Assembly: GCA_964594905.1 (NCBI GenBank)
Contig: CAZQOI010000006.1
Location: 9,011-73,010, forward strand
Source: an uncultured Granulosicoccaceae bacterium
GTDB taxonomy: Bacteria; Pseudomonadota; Gammaproteobacteria; Granulosicoccales; Granulosicoccaceae
Reading direction: 5' to 3'
DNA: 64,000 bases
The notes beneath the pieces were generated by a model. The model was not told where the DNA came from, did no database searches, and saw nothing but the letters and a program-made list of their open reading frames with translations. The position numbers were made by a program, and so were the translations under genes. Every line of letters begins with the position of its first letter. Position 1 is the first letter of the stretch. This document shows positions 41,684 through 51,250 of the stretch, piece by piece.

Positions 41684-42598
41684 TTAGGTCTGTTCCCACG
41701 GCGGAACTGGTGTGAACTTCGATACCATGAAGTCGGTGAAAACTCGTACCTTGTTGCTTAAGTGACGACGATGTGGATATACCAACTGGATTGATGAAGT
41801 ATCAATAGCGTGATCCAGAAGCAGCGGAACGACCAGCCCTTTTTGTAAGGACGGTTGCACAACATAGCTGGCGAGGCGGGCGATTCCAATCCCCGCCTTG
41901 ACGGCTTCGTGTAGGGCGGACGCACTATTGGTATGAAAATTCCCCTTTACTCGGTGTACCTGTACGCCATTTCCAGAACCTGTAGAAAATTCCCAATCGT
42001 TGAAGTGCTGAATAGCCGAGTGCGTCAAGCAGTTGTGTGAGGCTAGATCTTCAGGTGATTGAGGTGTGCCGTACTTCTTCAGGTACTCGGGTGATGCGCA
42101 TATCACGCGTTTGTTAACGGCCAGTCTTCTCGCGACCAAGGACTCATCTGTCAAGCCGTCGCTGAGTACGATGGCGACGTCAACACTTTCTCCAACAAGG
42201 TCTACTTCGCGTTCACTCAGCTCGAGCTCAACTCGTAACTCTGGGAAAAGTGACATGAACTCAGGCATCAATTTAATCATCTGAAGGCGCGCAAAGGCCG
42301 ACACAGTTGTGACGCGCAAGGTACCGCTGACACGGTCGTGCAGTGCCATGACGGCATCCTCAGCCTGCTGTATCTCGTCGAGGATGGCTCCACATCGGTC
42401 ATTAAATGCATTGCCTTCGGCGGTCATACTGAGTTTGCGAGTCGTACGCTGAAACAAGCGCGCTCCTAGACGATCTTCCAGTCGCGTAATCAGTTTGCTG
42501 ACCGCTGATGGTGTCAGGTCCAACTCTCGTGCAGCCGCTGAAAAGCTCCCGAGGTCCGCGGCCTTTGAGAACACCAGCATTTCCGTGTACTTATCCAT
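41684..42598 (-). CDS. LysR family transcriptional regulator (CrgA-like)
   Basis: GSFSAAARELDLTPSAVSK..RLEDRLG.RLFQRTTR HTH; CASPEYL, KVRVF.DF. Confidence 0.95.
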   Translation of the reverse strand: MDKYTEMLVFSKAADLGSFSAAARELDLTPSAVSKLITRLEDRLGARLFQRTTRKLSMTAEGNAFNDRCGAILDEIQQAEDAVMALHDRVSGTLRVTTVSAFARLQMIKLMPEFMSLFPELRVELELSEREVDLVGESVDVAIVLSDGLTDESLVARRLAVNKRVICASPEYLKKYGTPQSPEDLASHNCLTHSAIQHFNDWEFSTGSGNGVQVHRVKGNFHTNSASALHEAVKAGIGIARLASYVVQPSLQKGLVVPLLLDHAIDTSSIQLVYPHRRHLSNKVRVFTDFMVSKFTPVPPWEQT

Positions 42599-42607
42599 TT
42601 ACTATAT

Positions 42608-42622
42608 GTGCCTGATAATCAC
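42608..42622. promoter_or_regulatory. Possible LysR T-N11-A box
   Basis: GT-GCCTGATAATC-AC just upstream of lysR in the divergent intergenic region. Confidence 0.4.
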
Positions 42623-42712
42623 TAATCATAGTATTCTAGCGGTATTGCAGTTTTTGTGAGAACAAATACTATCAAAACGTGACACTAAGCATACTCGACT
42701 CAGGACACAGAC

Positions 42713-42913
42713 ATGACAGAACGATTGCGAACTCCAACTTATGATGAGCTGAAACGCTATGAGGACGAGGCTCGATATCTGCGTAGTCAGGAAATCGTAC
42801 GCCTTTCCAGATCGCTGTTTTCCGCACCTGGACGATTGGTCAAACGCGTGCCCGCCAATTCATCTGCAAGCCCGGTGGACGTAGCTGCAGATTGCAAATC
42901 CACTGCTGCCTAA
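42713..42913 (+). CDS. Small protein, RSP_7527-like
   Basis: 66 aa, AGGA SD, divergent from LysR, motif YEDEARYLRSQEI. Confidence 0.6.
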   Translation: MTERLRTPTYDELKRYEDEARYLRSQEIVRLSRSLFSAPGRLVKRVPANSSASPVDVAADCKSTAA

Positions 42914-43007
42914 TTGCTCGTTAAGACTTGCTCTTGCAGGCGTGTAAATCGGCTGCAGGCTTAAGCTAACTCGGATACTCTGGACGGCCGATAATTGGCC
43001 GTCCACA

Positions 43008-44858
43008 GTGTATCGCTATTTTGAAAAGCTGATTGACCCTCTCGACGATCAGCCTCCCGTGCAGCCCCCAACGGGCTCGCTTGCCTTTTTCAGCTTCTAT
43101 CTAAAACCTATCCGCGGTGTGCTGTTAGTAACTCTGGTACTCGCCGGTATTGCTGCAGCTTCCGAATTGTTTGTGTATGTCTATCTTGGTCGATTGGTTG
43201 ACTGGATGACAACTTCCAGTCCAGAGGCGTTTATGCGGACGCATGGTTGGACGCTGCTGTGGATGGTAGTTGTTATCGCGCTTATTCGTCCCTTGTCCAT
43301 GTTGGCATCACGGGCAATGATTAACTTGGCTATAGCGCCTGGTCTTTCAAATGCAGTGCGTTGGCAGAACCATCGCTATGTGTTGCGTCAGAGCATGGTG
43401 TTTTACCAAAACGATTTTGCGGGGCGTATTTCGCAAAAGGTCATGCAAACTGGGCATGCGGTTCGCGAAGCCGTGATCAACGTCATCGATGGCTCCTGGA
43501 TGTTGCTGATTTACCTTATCGGTGTTGTCTGGTTGTTTATCGATATCAGTGGTTGGTTACTGTTACCGGTGGTGATTTGGCTAATTGCCTACATCACGGT
43601 TGTCACCTTTATGGTGCCACCAGTACGTCAAAAGTCGGCAAATTTGTCAGAGGCGAATTCGGGATTAATGGGCCGGATCGTCGATAGCTACACGAACATT
43701 CAGTCGGTAAAGCTATTCGCTCATGATTCACTTGAAGAAGAATTTGCAGCAGATGGTATGCGACGCCTCGTCAAGGCGTTTCACACCTTGATGCGTGCCA
43801 TTTTGAATATGACCGTTGCGCTGACTGTATTGAATACCTTGCTTGTTATCGCTACAGCGGGTATGTCGATCGCTTTATGGATGAAAGGGCTTGTCAGTGT
43901 CGGCGAAATTGCTGTTGCTAATGGTTTGATTATTCGCATTAATCAAATGTCTGGCTGGATCCTCAGAACAATCACTAGCTTGTTTGAAAATATCGGTGCG
44001 GTGCAAAATGGTATCGAAACTATTTCGCAACCGATTGAAATTGTCGATGCTGAAGATGCCAAGATTTTGGAGGTCAGCAAGGGACGCTTGAGTTTCGAGT
44101 CGGTTGGCTTTAACTATGCTGAGGATGTTGAGCCTGATAATCCAGCTTCAAAAATTGTAATTGATGATTGCAGTTTTGAGGTTGCACCAGGTGAAAAGGT
44201 AGGGCTTGTTGGTCGCTCGGGTTCGGGTAAATCGACCTTGGTTAATTTGTTGATGCGTTTTCACGATGTGCAAACAGGTGTCATCAGCGTTGATGGTCAG
44301 GACATACGTGACGTTACGCAAAATAGTTTGCGTAAATCTATTGCGGTTGTAACCCAGGATACGTCGCTCTTGCATCGATCGATCCGCGACAATATTCGAT
44401 ATGGTCAGCGAGAGGCAAGTGATGAAGAAGTTATTCGCGCGGCGACGCAGGCGGAAGCGATGGGCTTTATTCCGGATCTCTCTGATCCCTTTGGTCGCGT
44501 TGGGCTTGATGCTCATGTAGGTGAACGTGGTGTCAAGTTGTCGGGAGGGCAACGACAACGAATAGCGATATCGCGGGTGATCCTCAAGGATGCGCCGATC
44601 CTGATTCTCGATGAGGCAACATCTGCACTGGATTCAGAAGTGGAAGCCGCCATTCAGGAGCAGCTTAATAATCTGATGCAGGGCAAAACCGTACTTGCTG
44701 TGGCACACAGGCTTTCAACCATTGCAGCGCTTGATCGTTTGATTGTGCTGGATGCGGGGCGGATCGTCGAAGCGGGCAGCCATCAGGAGCTGATTGACAT
44801 GGATGGCCTGTATGCCCGTCTTTGGCAGCGCCAATCCGGGGGTTTTATTGGCTTGTAG
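43008..44858 (+). CDS. ABC exporter, fused permease/ATPase
   Basis: TM domain, GRSGSGKST, LSGGQRQR, LDEATSALD, LWQRQSGGF. Confidence 0.93.
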   Translation: MYRYFEKLIDPLDDQPPVQPPTGSLAFFSFYLKPIRGVLLVTLVLAGIAAASELFVYVYLGRLVDWMTTSSPEAFMRTHGWTLLWMVVVIALIRPLSMLASRAMINLAIAPGLSNAVRWQNHRYVLRQSMVFYQNDFAGRISQKVMQTGHAVREAVINVIDGSWMLLIYLIGVVWLFIDISGWLLLPVVIWLIAYITVVTFMVPPVRQKSANLSEANSGLMGRIVDSYTNIQSVKLFAHDSLEEEFAADGMRRLVKAFHTLMRAILNMTVALTVLNTLLVIATAGMSIALWMKGLVSVGEIAVANGLIIRINQMSGWILRTITSLFENIGAVQNGIETISQPIEIVDAEDAKILEVSKGRLSFESVGFNYAEDVEPDNPASKIVIDDCSFEVAPGEKVGLVGRSGSGKSTLVNLLMRFHDVQTGVISVDGQDIRDVTQNSLRKSIAVVTQDTSLLHRSIRDNIRYGQREASDEEVIRAATQAEAMGFIPDLSDPFGRVGLDAHVGERGVKLSGGQRQRIAISRVILKDAPILILDEATSALDSEVEAAIQEQLNNLMQGKTVLAVAHRLSTIAALDRLIVLDAGRIVEAGSHQELIDMDGLYARLWQRQSGGFIGL

Positions 44859-44913
44859 GCCTATCCTGTGTTATACACAAGTTCAGGAGGAACGAACCGC
44901 AAACACCCCAACC

Positions 44914-45468
44914 ATGAATGCCAAAGTACTTCGCCTGAATAAGGCAGGTATTCCTATTGCCTGGTTAAGCTGGCAAGAGACGGCAACTCTTGTCGTAAAA
45001 GACCAGGTCATTTGGAGTATCGGACAGACAATTCACACCGTTCGCGGTGGCTACAACAAGGAAGGCATACGGTCCCAACTGGAACTGCCAAGTATTGTTG
45101 CTTGTGACGGAAAAGTTGATGACTCCGGGTTTACGCCGGCGCTTACCAATACTTTGCTGTTTGCACGCGATCAGCAAATATGTCTTTATTGTGGTGTTGA
45201 GCATGCGGTAAAAGATCTATCGCGTGATCATGTCATTCCCACATCGCGTGGTGGCAGAGATCGCTGGACCAATTGTGTTACCGCGTGTAGGCGTTGTAAT
45301 AACCGCAAAGGTAACCTGACACCTGAGCAAGCGAATATGCAACTGCTCGCTATACCGTTTGCTCCAAATCGTTACGAGTTCTTCTATCTGTCTAACCGAG
45401 ATGTATTAGCGGATCAGATGGAATTTTTAAAAACACGGTTTTCCAGTAACGGTAGCTGGCTCAGCTAG
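44914..45468 (+). CDS. HNH endonuclease
   Basis: LFARD..ICLYCG, SRDHVIP.SRGG.D.WTNCVTACRRCNNRKG. Confidence 0.9.
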   Translation: MNAKVLRLNKAGIPIAWLSWQETATLVVKDQVIWSIGQTIHTVRGGYNKEGIRSQLELPSIVACDGKVDDSGFTPALTNTLLFARDQQICLYCGVEHAVKDLSRDHVIPTSRGGRDRWTNCVTACRRCNNRKGNLTPEQANMQLLAIPFAPNRYEFFYLSNRDVLADQMEFLKTRFSSNGSWLS

Positions 45469-47002
45469 TCCCGGTAGTGCGGTGTAGTGCAAGCAGTACT
45501 TTCATCACGTAGTCTTCGAATGGAGCAACAGATGTGTGCTTTCCGGATATCTGAACAACGTACGACCCTGCTGCGGCAATAACTGTGTAGTAGGGTGAGT
45601 CGGTTTCTGTCAACACACTTCGGTGCACGACAACCTCAAGTTCAGCATCGTTAGGTGCATTACCTCGTAAGGTGAATTGTTCTGATGTTTCATCACTACC
45701 AGGTAGACGGCTGTTGCCGTGCAAGGTACTACCAAACAACCTGGCAGTATCCACAGATTCAGCCTGAATCAAGGTAATGTCGAAGGGCGCATTGAGCGTG
45801 TTGTCTTGATCATAAAGTTGCACCGCAACCATTGCTGAAATCAGGCGTGTGAAACCATCTACTGCCGCTTCGCGACGGCTTGGATCGGCCCGAAGATTCA
45901 CGCCCTTGAGTGGAGAAGACTCAACAGCTGTCCAGTTGTTTTGTACCCATGGGTGATCGATATTTCGGCTGGCTTGGAGCAAATGCTGATTGCGCATTTC
46001 CCGCTCAGTATTAGGAAAGCTCCGTGGCGCAAGGATTTCGATAGGATCATGAGGCGGTTCGGTAAGCAACTGCTCTATCAGTTCTTCACCGTCTTCACGC
46101 TTCGACAACTCCCGGATAAAACGCTCACCTTCGACATAAGAATATTCCAACACATTACGACTAATGGCCTGCACTGTTTGGGTAAGCTGATTTGGCGGAT
46201 TGCCGCGATTGAACATGAAGGTGTCTAATGCATCAAGCCCATCCAGACAATTCTCAATCGTGCAGATTTTACGTGTCACCCATTGGGCGTGACCTTCAAA
46301 AGTTGCTGACTGCGCGAAAGAAGCGCGAAAATTCAGTGAACGATTGTCGTGTATGGAATATCGTTGGTCATCTGCCGCATGGACAAGTTCATGTATCAAA
46401 AGTGTTAACAAAGCAGAGCGTCGCAAGGCTGCGTTGTTCGGTAAGGATTGTTCGTAGTGGTTCAGTAAACTGTTGCTCACCAGTATGGCTGGTTGTCGTG
46501 ATGTATATAGCGCTGCATAGGTGCCTGCCTGTCCTTTCATGACTTGTGACAAAAACTGTTTAGCAAATCTAGTGTTTGAAAATTGGTTAAAGATAAGTCT
46601 TTCAGTTTCTGCGGCAACTTCAGTGTTGATTTCATTATCATCAACAACAGACAGTGAGACGTGCGACAGATTAGTGTTTGTCTCCTGTTCAACCAAACGA
46701 CGTGCTTCGTCATAAACAGTCTGAATAGTCTCGTACCAGCCTTCAGCGATAGGCTCTTCTGCTGGTAACTGCGCTGAGTGAATGTCTTTACTGTCTTCAG
46801 TTGTCTCTACCTGAACCACGTCAGGGCTGACAGCGCGTACCAGTTTTTGATCCGGAATAGTATTGCCAGGAGTTTTAACGCTTTGGCAGGCTGAGAGCAT
46901 CAGTAGCGATGCCACGATCAGGGTACGGCCGACCGGCATAGACGGTATCGATGCGACAGTGGTGAAGCGTGGTGCGCAAGGGGATTGCTGATGACGTGGC
47001 AT
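45461..47002 (-). CDS. Hypothetical lipoprotein with zincin-type motif
   Basis: Lipobox LSAC, HELVH followed by EGHA; start uncertain. Confidence 0.6.
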   Translation of the reverse strand: MPRHQQSPCAPRFTTVASIPSMPVGRTLIVASLLMLSACQSVKTPGNTIPDQKLVRAVSPDVVQVETTEDSKDIHSAQLPAEEPIAEGWYETIQTVYDEARRLVEQETNTNLSHVSLSVVDDNEINTEVAAETERLIFNQFSNTRFAKQFLSQVMKGQAGTYAALYTSRQPAILVSNSLLNHYEQSLPNNAALRRSALLTLLIHELVHAADDQRYSIHDNRSLNFRASFAQSATFEGHAQWVTRKICTIENCLDGLDALDTFMFNRGNPPNQLTQTVQAISRNVLEYSYVEGERFIRELSKREDGEELIEQLLTEPPHDPIEILAPRSFPNTEREMRNQHLLQASRNIDHPWVQNNWTAVESSPLKGVNLRADPSRREAAVDGFTRLISAMVAVQLYDQDNTLNAPFDITLIQAESVDTARLFGSTLHGNSRLPGSDETSEQFTLRGNAPNDAELEVVVHRSVLTETDSPYYTVIAAAGSYVVQISGKHTSVAPFEDYVMKVLLALHRTTGTS

Positions 47003-47092
47003 GCTGGAACAAGGCTCAATTGACCAAGTCAGTGTACCGTCAGTGCCGGTTTATCGTTCAATCAACATCACAAATTGGCTGTGGAACAGGCG

Positions 47093-47121
47093 AAAAAAAG
47101 GCGACCCCGTTGGGGTCGCCC
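47093..47121 (-). terminator. Rho-independent terminator of the GH16 gene
   Basis: GGCGACCCC-GTT-GGGGTCGCC with A7 on the left. Confidence 0.85.
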
Positions 47122-47177
47122 TGTTTAGGTGAAATATCGACTCGCCTGTCGTTGTGGACAGGTTCACTGTTTCGACA

Positions 47178-48620
47178 TTATGGCTGGTAGGCGCGTATGT
47201 AGTCGATGGTCATGCGAGCTGGAAATTGGGTGCTGCCATCCGGATCGCCAGCCCACCAACCACCAATGGCGAGATTCACGAGCAGATACATTTCTTCCCA
47301 TGAAACGTTGCCGCTGTCGAAGGTATTTGTGACCTGTCCATCGACGTACCAACTAATGCGCCCGGGCTCCCATTTCACAGCATAAGTGTGAAAGTCCTGA
47401 GAGTAATCAGGTCCCCATGCTTCCAATGTGGGTGTCGAGCGGAGATCCCAGTTTTGGTAGTAGTGATAAGTTTGGTGTGCAACATTTGGCTTGTCACCGA
47501 TGTATTCAACAACATCGATCTCAGGACGCTGTTCCGCTTCGTTTTGGTGTAATAACCAGAACGCTGACCATAGACCTTTTCCACGTGGGAGGCGTGCGCG
47601 CATTTCAACATAGCCGTAACGCATTTTGAACTTGTTGTAGGTGGTCAAAGCTCCAGAAAGATACTCTTGGTTGTTAGCTTTGCCGCGCAGGTAATCGGGT
47701 GTGCGTGTGGCGCTGATCGTCATGTGCTCACCATCAAATTCAAAAGGTGAGTGTCCAAAATTTGGATCGTTAATGCGGTCAACGTAATACTGCTTTTCGC
47801 CATTGATGATCCAGTTGGGTCCCCAGCGATAACTGGAATTCCATTTGGATGTATCTAGAGAGTAGCTTTGAAACTCGTCGCTGAACACGAGACGATAGCC
47901 TGATGGCACGCTGCTGGTGTCATCAAATTGTGGTTGTGCAGCTTGTGCAACAGGTTCTACTGAGACACTTGATTGGGTATTGCCTGTTGAGCTGTTAGAA
48001 GTATTGACGATAAGTTCGCTACTCTTGGCAGAAAATTGACCGTCTCGAATGGCGACGATCTGGTAGCGGTAGTCCACGCCGAAGCTCATCTGACTGTCTG
48101 TGTAGTCAGTGCCACTTACCGTTGTTTGATATTCGTTGTTTCGATAGACGTTGTACTTCTCTGGATTACCCCCGGCTGCATTCCAGAATATTTTTGCCTG
48201 GTTGCCATTCTGAACCTCCGCGCGCAGCCCTGATGGTGCTGCGAGGGCACTGCCATTGGGTGCGGGTGGGGCAGCTATGACGTTGCTACTGCCACCTGGT
48301 GTTACGCCTGCTTGTAGAGATTGCTGGGAAAAATTTCTCGCGTCATCAAAAGCGACAATGCTGTAGTCGTAACGGATACCACTATTGACTCCCGTGTCCA
48401 GGTAGTTTGTATTGGAGACTGTCGTGTGGTAGCTACCATTACGGTATACGTTATAGCCTGCGACAGCGTTGTCATCCCAGGGTTTGTTCCAACTGACTCG
48501 AACTGAATTTGAAGTCAGGGCACTAACTTGAACGTTGTTGACAGTCGATGGTGGTTGACTGTCAGCCATGACGAGCGTCGAGCTGCCGAGTGTTAGCAGC
48601 GCGAATACAAATAATCGCAT
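47178..48620 (-). CDS. Secreted GH16 beta-glucanase (laminarinase-like) with two FN3 domains
   Basis: Signal peptide, two FN3 repeats (YNVYRN), FSDEF, WSAFW, catalytic EIDVVE, IDYIRAY. Confidence 0.88.
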   Translation of the reverse strand: MRLFVFALLTLGSSTLVMADSQPPSTVNNVQVSALTSNSVRVSWNKPWDDNAVAGYNVYRNGSYHTTVSNTNYLDTGVNSGIRYDYSIVAFDDARNFSQQSLQAGVTPGGSSNVIAAPPAPNGSALAAPSGLRAEVQNGNQAKIFWNAAGGNPEKYNVYRNNEYQTTVSGTDYTDSQMSFGVDYRYQIVAIRDGQFSAKSSELIVNTSNSSTGNTQSSVSVEPVAQAAQPQFDDTSSVPSGYRLVFSDEFQSYSLDTSKWNSSYRWGPNWIINGEKQYYVDRINDPNFGHSPFEFDGEHMTISATRTPDYLRGKANNQEYLSGALTTYNKFKMRYGYVEMRARLPRGKGLWSAFWLLHQNEAEQRPEIDVVEYIGDKPNVAHQTYHYYQNWDLRSTPTLEAWGPDYSQDFHTYAVKWEPGRISWYVDGQVTNTFDSGNVSWEEMYLLVNLAIGGWWAGDPDGSTQFPARMTIDYIRAYQP

Positions 48621-48957
48621 TTTTATCCCGAAAATCTAAAAAATAGGTCAGGTTGTTTCCGCTAGATCAAATCGCCCGTTCAGATTGGAATCAATCAGTC
48701 GAGAGCAGCGGCATTCAATTACCTTTGATAATGTTCTAAAGGCTAGTCGTGATTTCTGAATTCAACCTTAAATTTCTCGAGTGTAATAAGAGCTTACCGT
48801 TACAGCCTGTTTACTCCACCGAGCACTTGGCAAACGCATGAACACATATTCGCGTTTACTTGCGGGTATGCGTAGCGAGAAGCACGCCCAATGAAGCCGT
48901 CGTTCTCGGAAAAGGAGTTACAGAATTGAAACCTATCAAGTCATAAAGTTATGACGC

Positions 48958-49947
48958 TTAAGCATTTACATTGACCAGGACGCGGCCCTGTACTTTACCT
49001 TCCAGAATTTCTCCACCCATGGTGGCGGCTTCAACAAGTGATACCTCTTTTGAGATCGTCTCGAGTTGTTCCAGGGGTAGTTCGCTAGCCAGTCGATTCC
49101 ATGCTGTTTTGCGTTTATCTTTAGGGCACATGACTGAATCGACGCCGAGTAAGCTGACGCCACGAAGCAAGAAAGGAATGACTGTTGTATCCAGCGTGCT
49201 ACCGCCGGCCAGTCCGATGGCGGCGACAGCGCCGTTGTACTTGAGCTGGGTAAGAATGTTGGCAAGCGTGCTGCCACCAACTGAATCAATACAGCCTGCC
49301 CAGTATTCCTTGTTCAAGGGTTTGCCGTTGGGTGTGTCTAGATCGCTTCTGGCGACGACGCGTGAGACTCCAAGACTTTGTAAATAGGCTTCGGTGCTTG
49401 CTCTACCAGTTGAGCCTTCAACGTTATAGCCAGCCTTGGAGAGTAGGCTGCATGCCACAGAGCCAACGCCACCAGCTGCGCCTGTTACGAGAATTGGGCC
49501 GCTGTCTGGATTGATGCCGGCTGCTTCCAGCGTCATCACCCCGAGCATTGCTGAAAATCCGGCAGTGCCTATTGCCATGGCTTGTCTGCTTGTCAGGCCC
49601 TTTGGTAGTGGTACTAACCAATCGCCTTTAACACGCGCCTTTTGTGCATAGCCACCCCAGTGAACTTCCCCAACTCGCCAACCAGTCAGAACGACGTTGT
49701 CGCCTGGTTTGTAGTCAGGATGATTACTGATTTCAACGACACCGGCGAAATCTATTCCAGGTACATGCGGGTACTGGCGAACCAAACCCCCAAGCCCGTT
49801 CAGTACCAAGCCATCTTTGTAATTCAAGGCCGAGTATTCGACGTTGACTGTCACGTCTCCTTCGGGCAGATCTGTATCTTCAAGTTCGACGATGCTGGCC
49901 GAAATTGATTTGTCTTCGCTGCGATTGACCTGTAGCGCCTTGAACAT
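48958..49947 (-). CDS. acuI: Acryloyl-CoA reductase (YhdH/AcuI)
   Basis: LNYKDG, PHVPGID, AMAIGTAG, VTGAAGGVGS, PFLLRGVSLLGVDSV. Confidence 0.88.
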   Translation of the reverse strand: MFKALQVNRSEDKSISASIVELEDTDLPEGDVTVNVEYSALNYKDGLVLNGLGGLVRQYPHVPGIDFAGVVEISNHPDYKPGDNVVLTGWRVGEVHWGGYAQKARVKGDWLVPLPKGLTSRQAMAIGTAGFSAMLGVMTLEAAGINPDSGPILVTGAAGGVGSVACSLLSKAGYNVEGSTGRASTEAYLQSLGVSRVVARSDLDTPNGKPLNKEYWAGCIDSVGGSTLANILTQLKYNGAVAAIGLAGGSTLDTTVIPFLLRGVSLLGVDSVMCPKDKRKTAWNRLASELPLEQLETISKEVSLVEAATMGGEILEGKVQGRVLVNVNA

Positions 49948-49960
49948 GATGACTCCTGAT

Positions 49961-50335
49961 CTAGCGGCTCGTTTGAGCGAGCTGTAAAAATGGATTTATG
50001 GATATGTAAATAATGAACAAACAGAATATGAGGATAGCCAGCATGGCAAATGGCCGCGCCTGAATTGACTCAACAAGCGTTGGTGCACGTCCACTTTTTT
50101 GCAGTTCGCGAAAGCGTGCCTTTTCGGCGGTTTCAAGCTCTTGCTGAAAGCCATCTATCAGTTCGCGAGCCCGCGTGGCGTCATCTGCATTCTTGACCCA
50201 AAGGCCCGGCATGCCGATACCCCAATTTCCAGCAGACGTCTCAAACCAGTCAATCCGACTCTCGTCAAGCAAGCTACGTACTTGGTTGGCTTCTTCTTCG
50301 GGGACGTTGCGCAGGCGGAAGATCAGAGCTGACAT
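49961..50335 (-). CDS. DUF6164/DUF2007-like small membrane protein
   Basis: LIFRLRNVPEEEA, FETSAGNWGIGMPGLWV, C-terminal TM. Confidence 0.75.
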   Translation of the reverse strand: MSALIFRLRNVPEEEANQVRSLLDESRIDWFETSAGNWGIGMPGLWVKNADDATRARELIDGFQQELETAEKARFRELQKSGRAPTLVESIQARPFAMLAILIFCLFIIYISINPFLQLAQTSR

Positions 50336-50392
50336 TCGGGTTTGGATTTTGGCTCAGCGGTTTTCTCTTTACAGGGTATACCAAAGTGACGG

Positions 50393-51250
50393 TCAACCAC
50401 GCAAAAGGGCGGCGTAGCGTCGCTCGAGTGTGCTAACGATGTCGTGGCGGTCTCGCTTGATCGCCCCATTTTTGAAAATGGCGAATTTTTCCCTGAACAT
50501 GGATATCGCCAAGGCGCTTTGCGCAGGGTTTGCCTTGCCGCTGGCGATAAGTTTGGCCAGGGCTTCAAGGCGGAATCTGTCCATCGCTGGATATCGCTGT
50601 GATAATTGATCATCGTGGCCACCAGTTTTTTCCAGCAATGCCTCATCGATATACAGCACAGCTTCGTTAACGGTGATTCGAAGCCACAGGTCGTAGTCTT
50701 CACAAGCGGGCAGGTTTTCGTCGAACAATCCAACATCGTCAAAGACATCTCGTCTGATCATCACCGAAGAGGGTGACATTGCACACAGCGGCAGGCATCG
50801 AGCAAAGATATCGCCTCCATATTTCTGGTGCTTATGTTTCGGATTGACGCGACGACCACGACGTATCCAGTGCTCATCGGTATGGCACACCCGCATGGTA
50901 GGCGCAGCCTCAAGCGCTAACAGCTGTTTCTCCAATTTAGCTGCAAACCATCGGTCGTCCGAATCCAGAAAAGCTACCCAACGAGAGGTCGAGTTCTGGA
51001 CACCCGCATTTCGGGCCGCTGACACACCTCGGTTTTGTTGGGTGATGACGCGGACTTCTGGGTAGTGTTTGCTGAGAAAATCTGCTGTGCCATCAGTTGA
51101 GCCATCATCAACAACGATGAATTCATTGGCAGTTTGGGTTTGGCTTAGTACTGAATCCAGCGCCTGTGCCAGAGTGTGTTGCCGGTTATAGCTCGGGATG
51201 ATGACGGCGACAGTGTCGCAGGATTTGTTATTGGCCTTGCTGGAACTTAT
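50393..51250 (-). CDS. Glycosyltransferase family 2 (probable non-canonical ATA start)
   Basis: Open frame includes VAVIIPSYNR, VVDDGSTD, NRGVSAARN, FLDSDD and CEDYDLWLR; the ORF-track start at 51025 truncates the domain. Confidence 0.85.
   Translation of the reverse strand: MSSSKANNKSCDTVAVIIPSYNRQHTLAQALDSVLSQTQTANEFIVVDDGSTDGTADFLSKHYPEVRVITQQNRGVSAARNAGVQNSTSRWVAFLDSDDRWFAAKLEKQLLALEAAPTMRVCHTDEHWIRRGRRVNPKHKHQKYGGDIFARCLPLCAMSPSSVMIRRDVFDDVGLFDENLPACEDYDLWLRITVNEAVLYIDEALLEKTGGHDDQLSQRYPAMDRFRLEALAKLIASGKANPAQSALAISMFREKFAIFKNGAIKRDRHDIVSTLERRYAALLRG

Noticed and set aside
44914-45468. HNH nuclease as a mobile element or defence system
   Set aside because: Stand-alone chromosomal HNH type with no flanking repeats, methylase, integrase or phage genes.
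48621-48957. Riboswitch upstream of the GH16 gene
   Set aside because: No conserved aptamer motif (such as c-di-GMP GEMM) could be identified.
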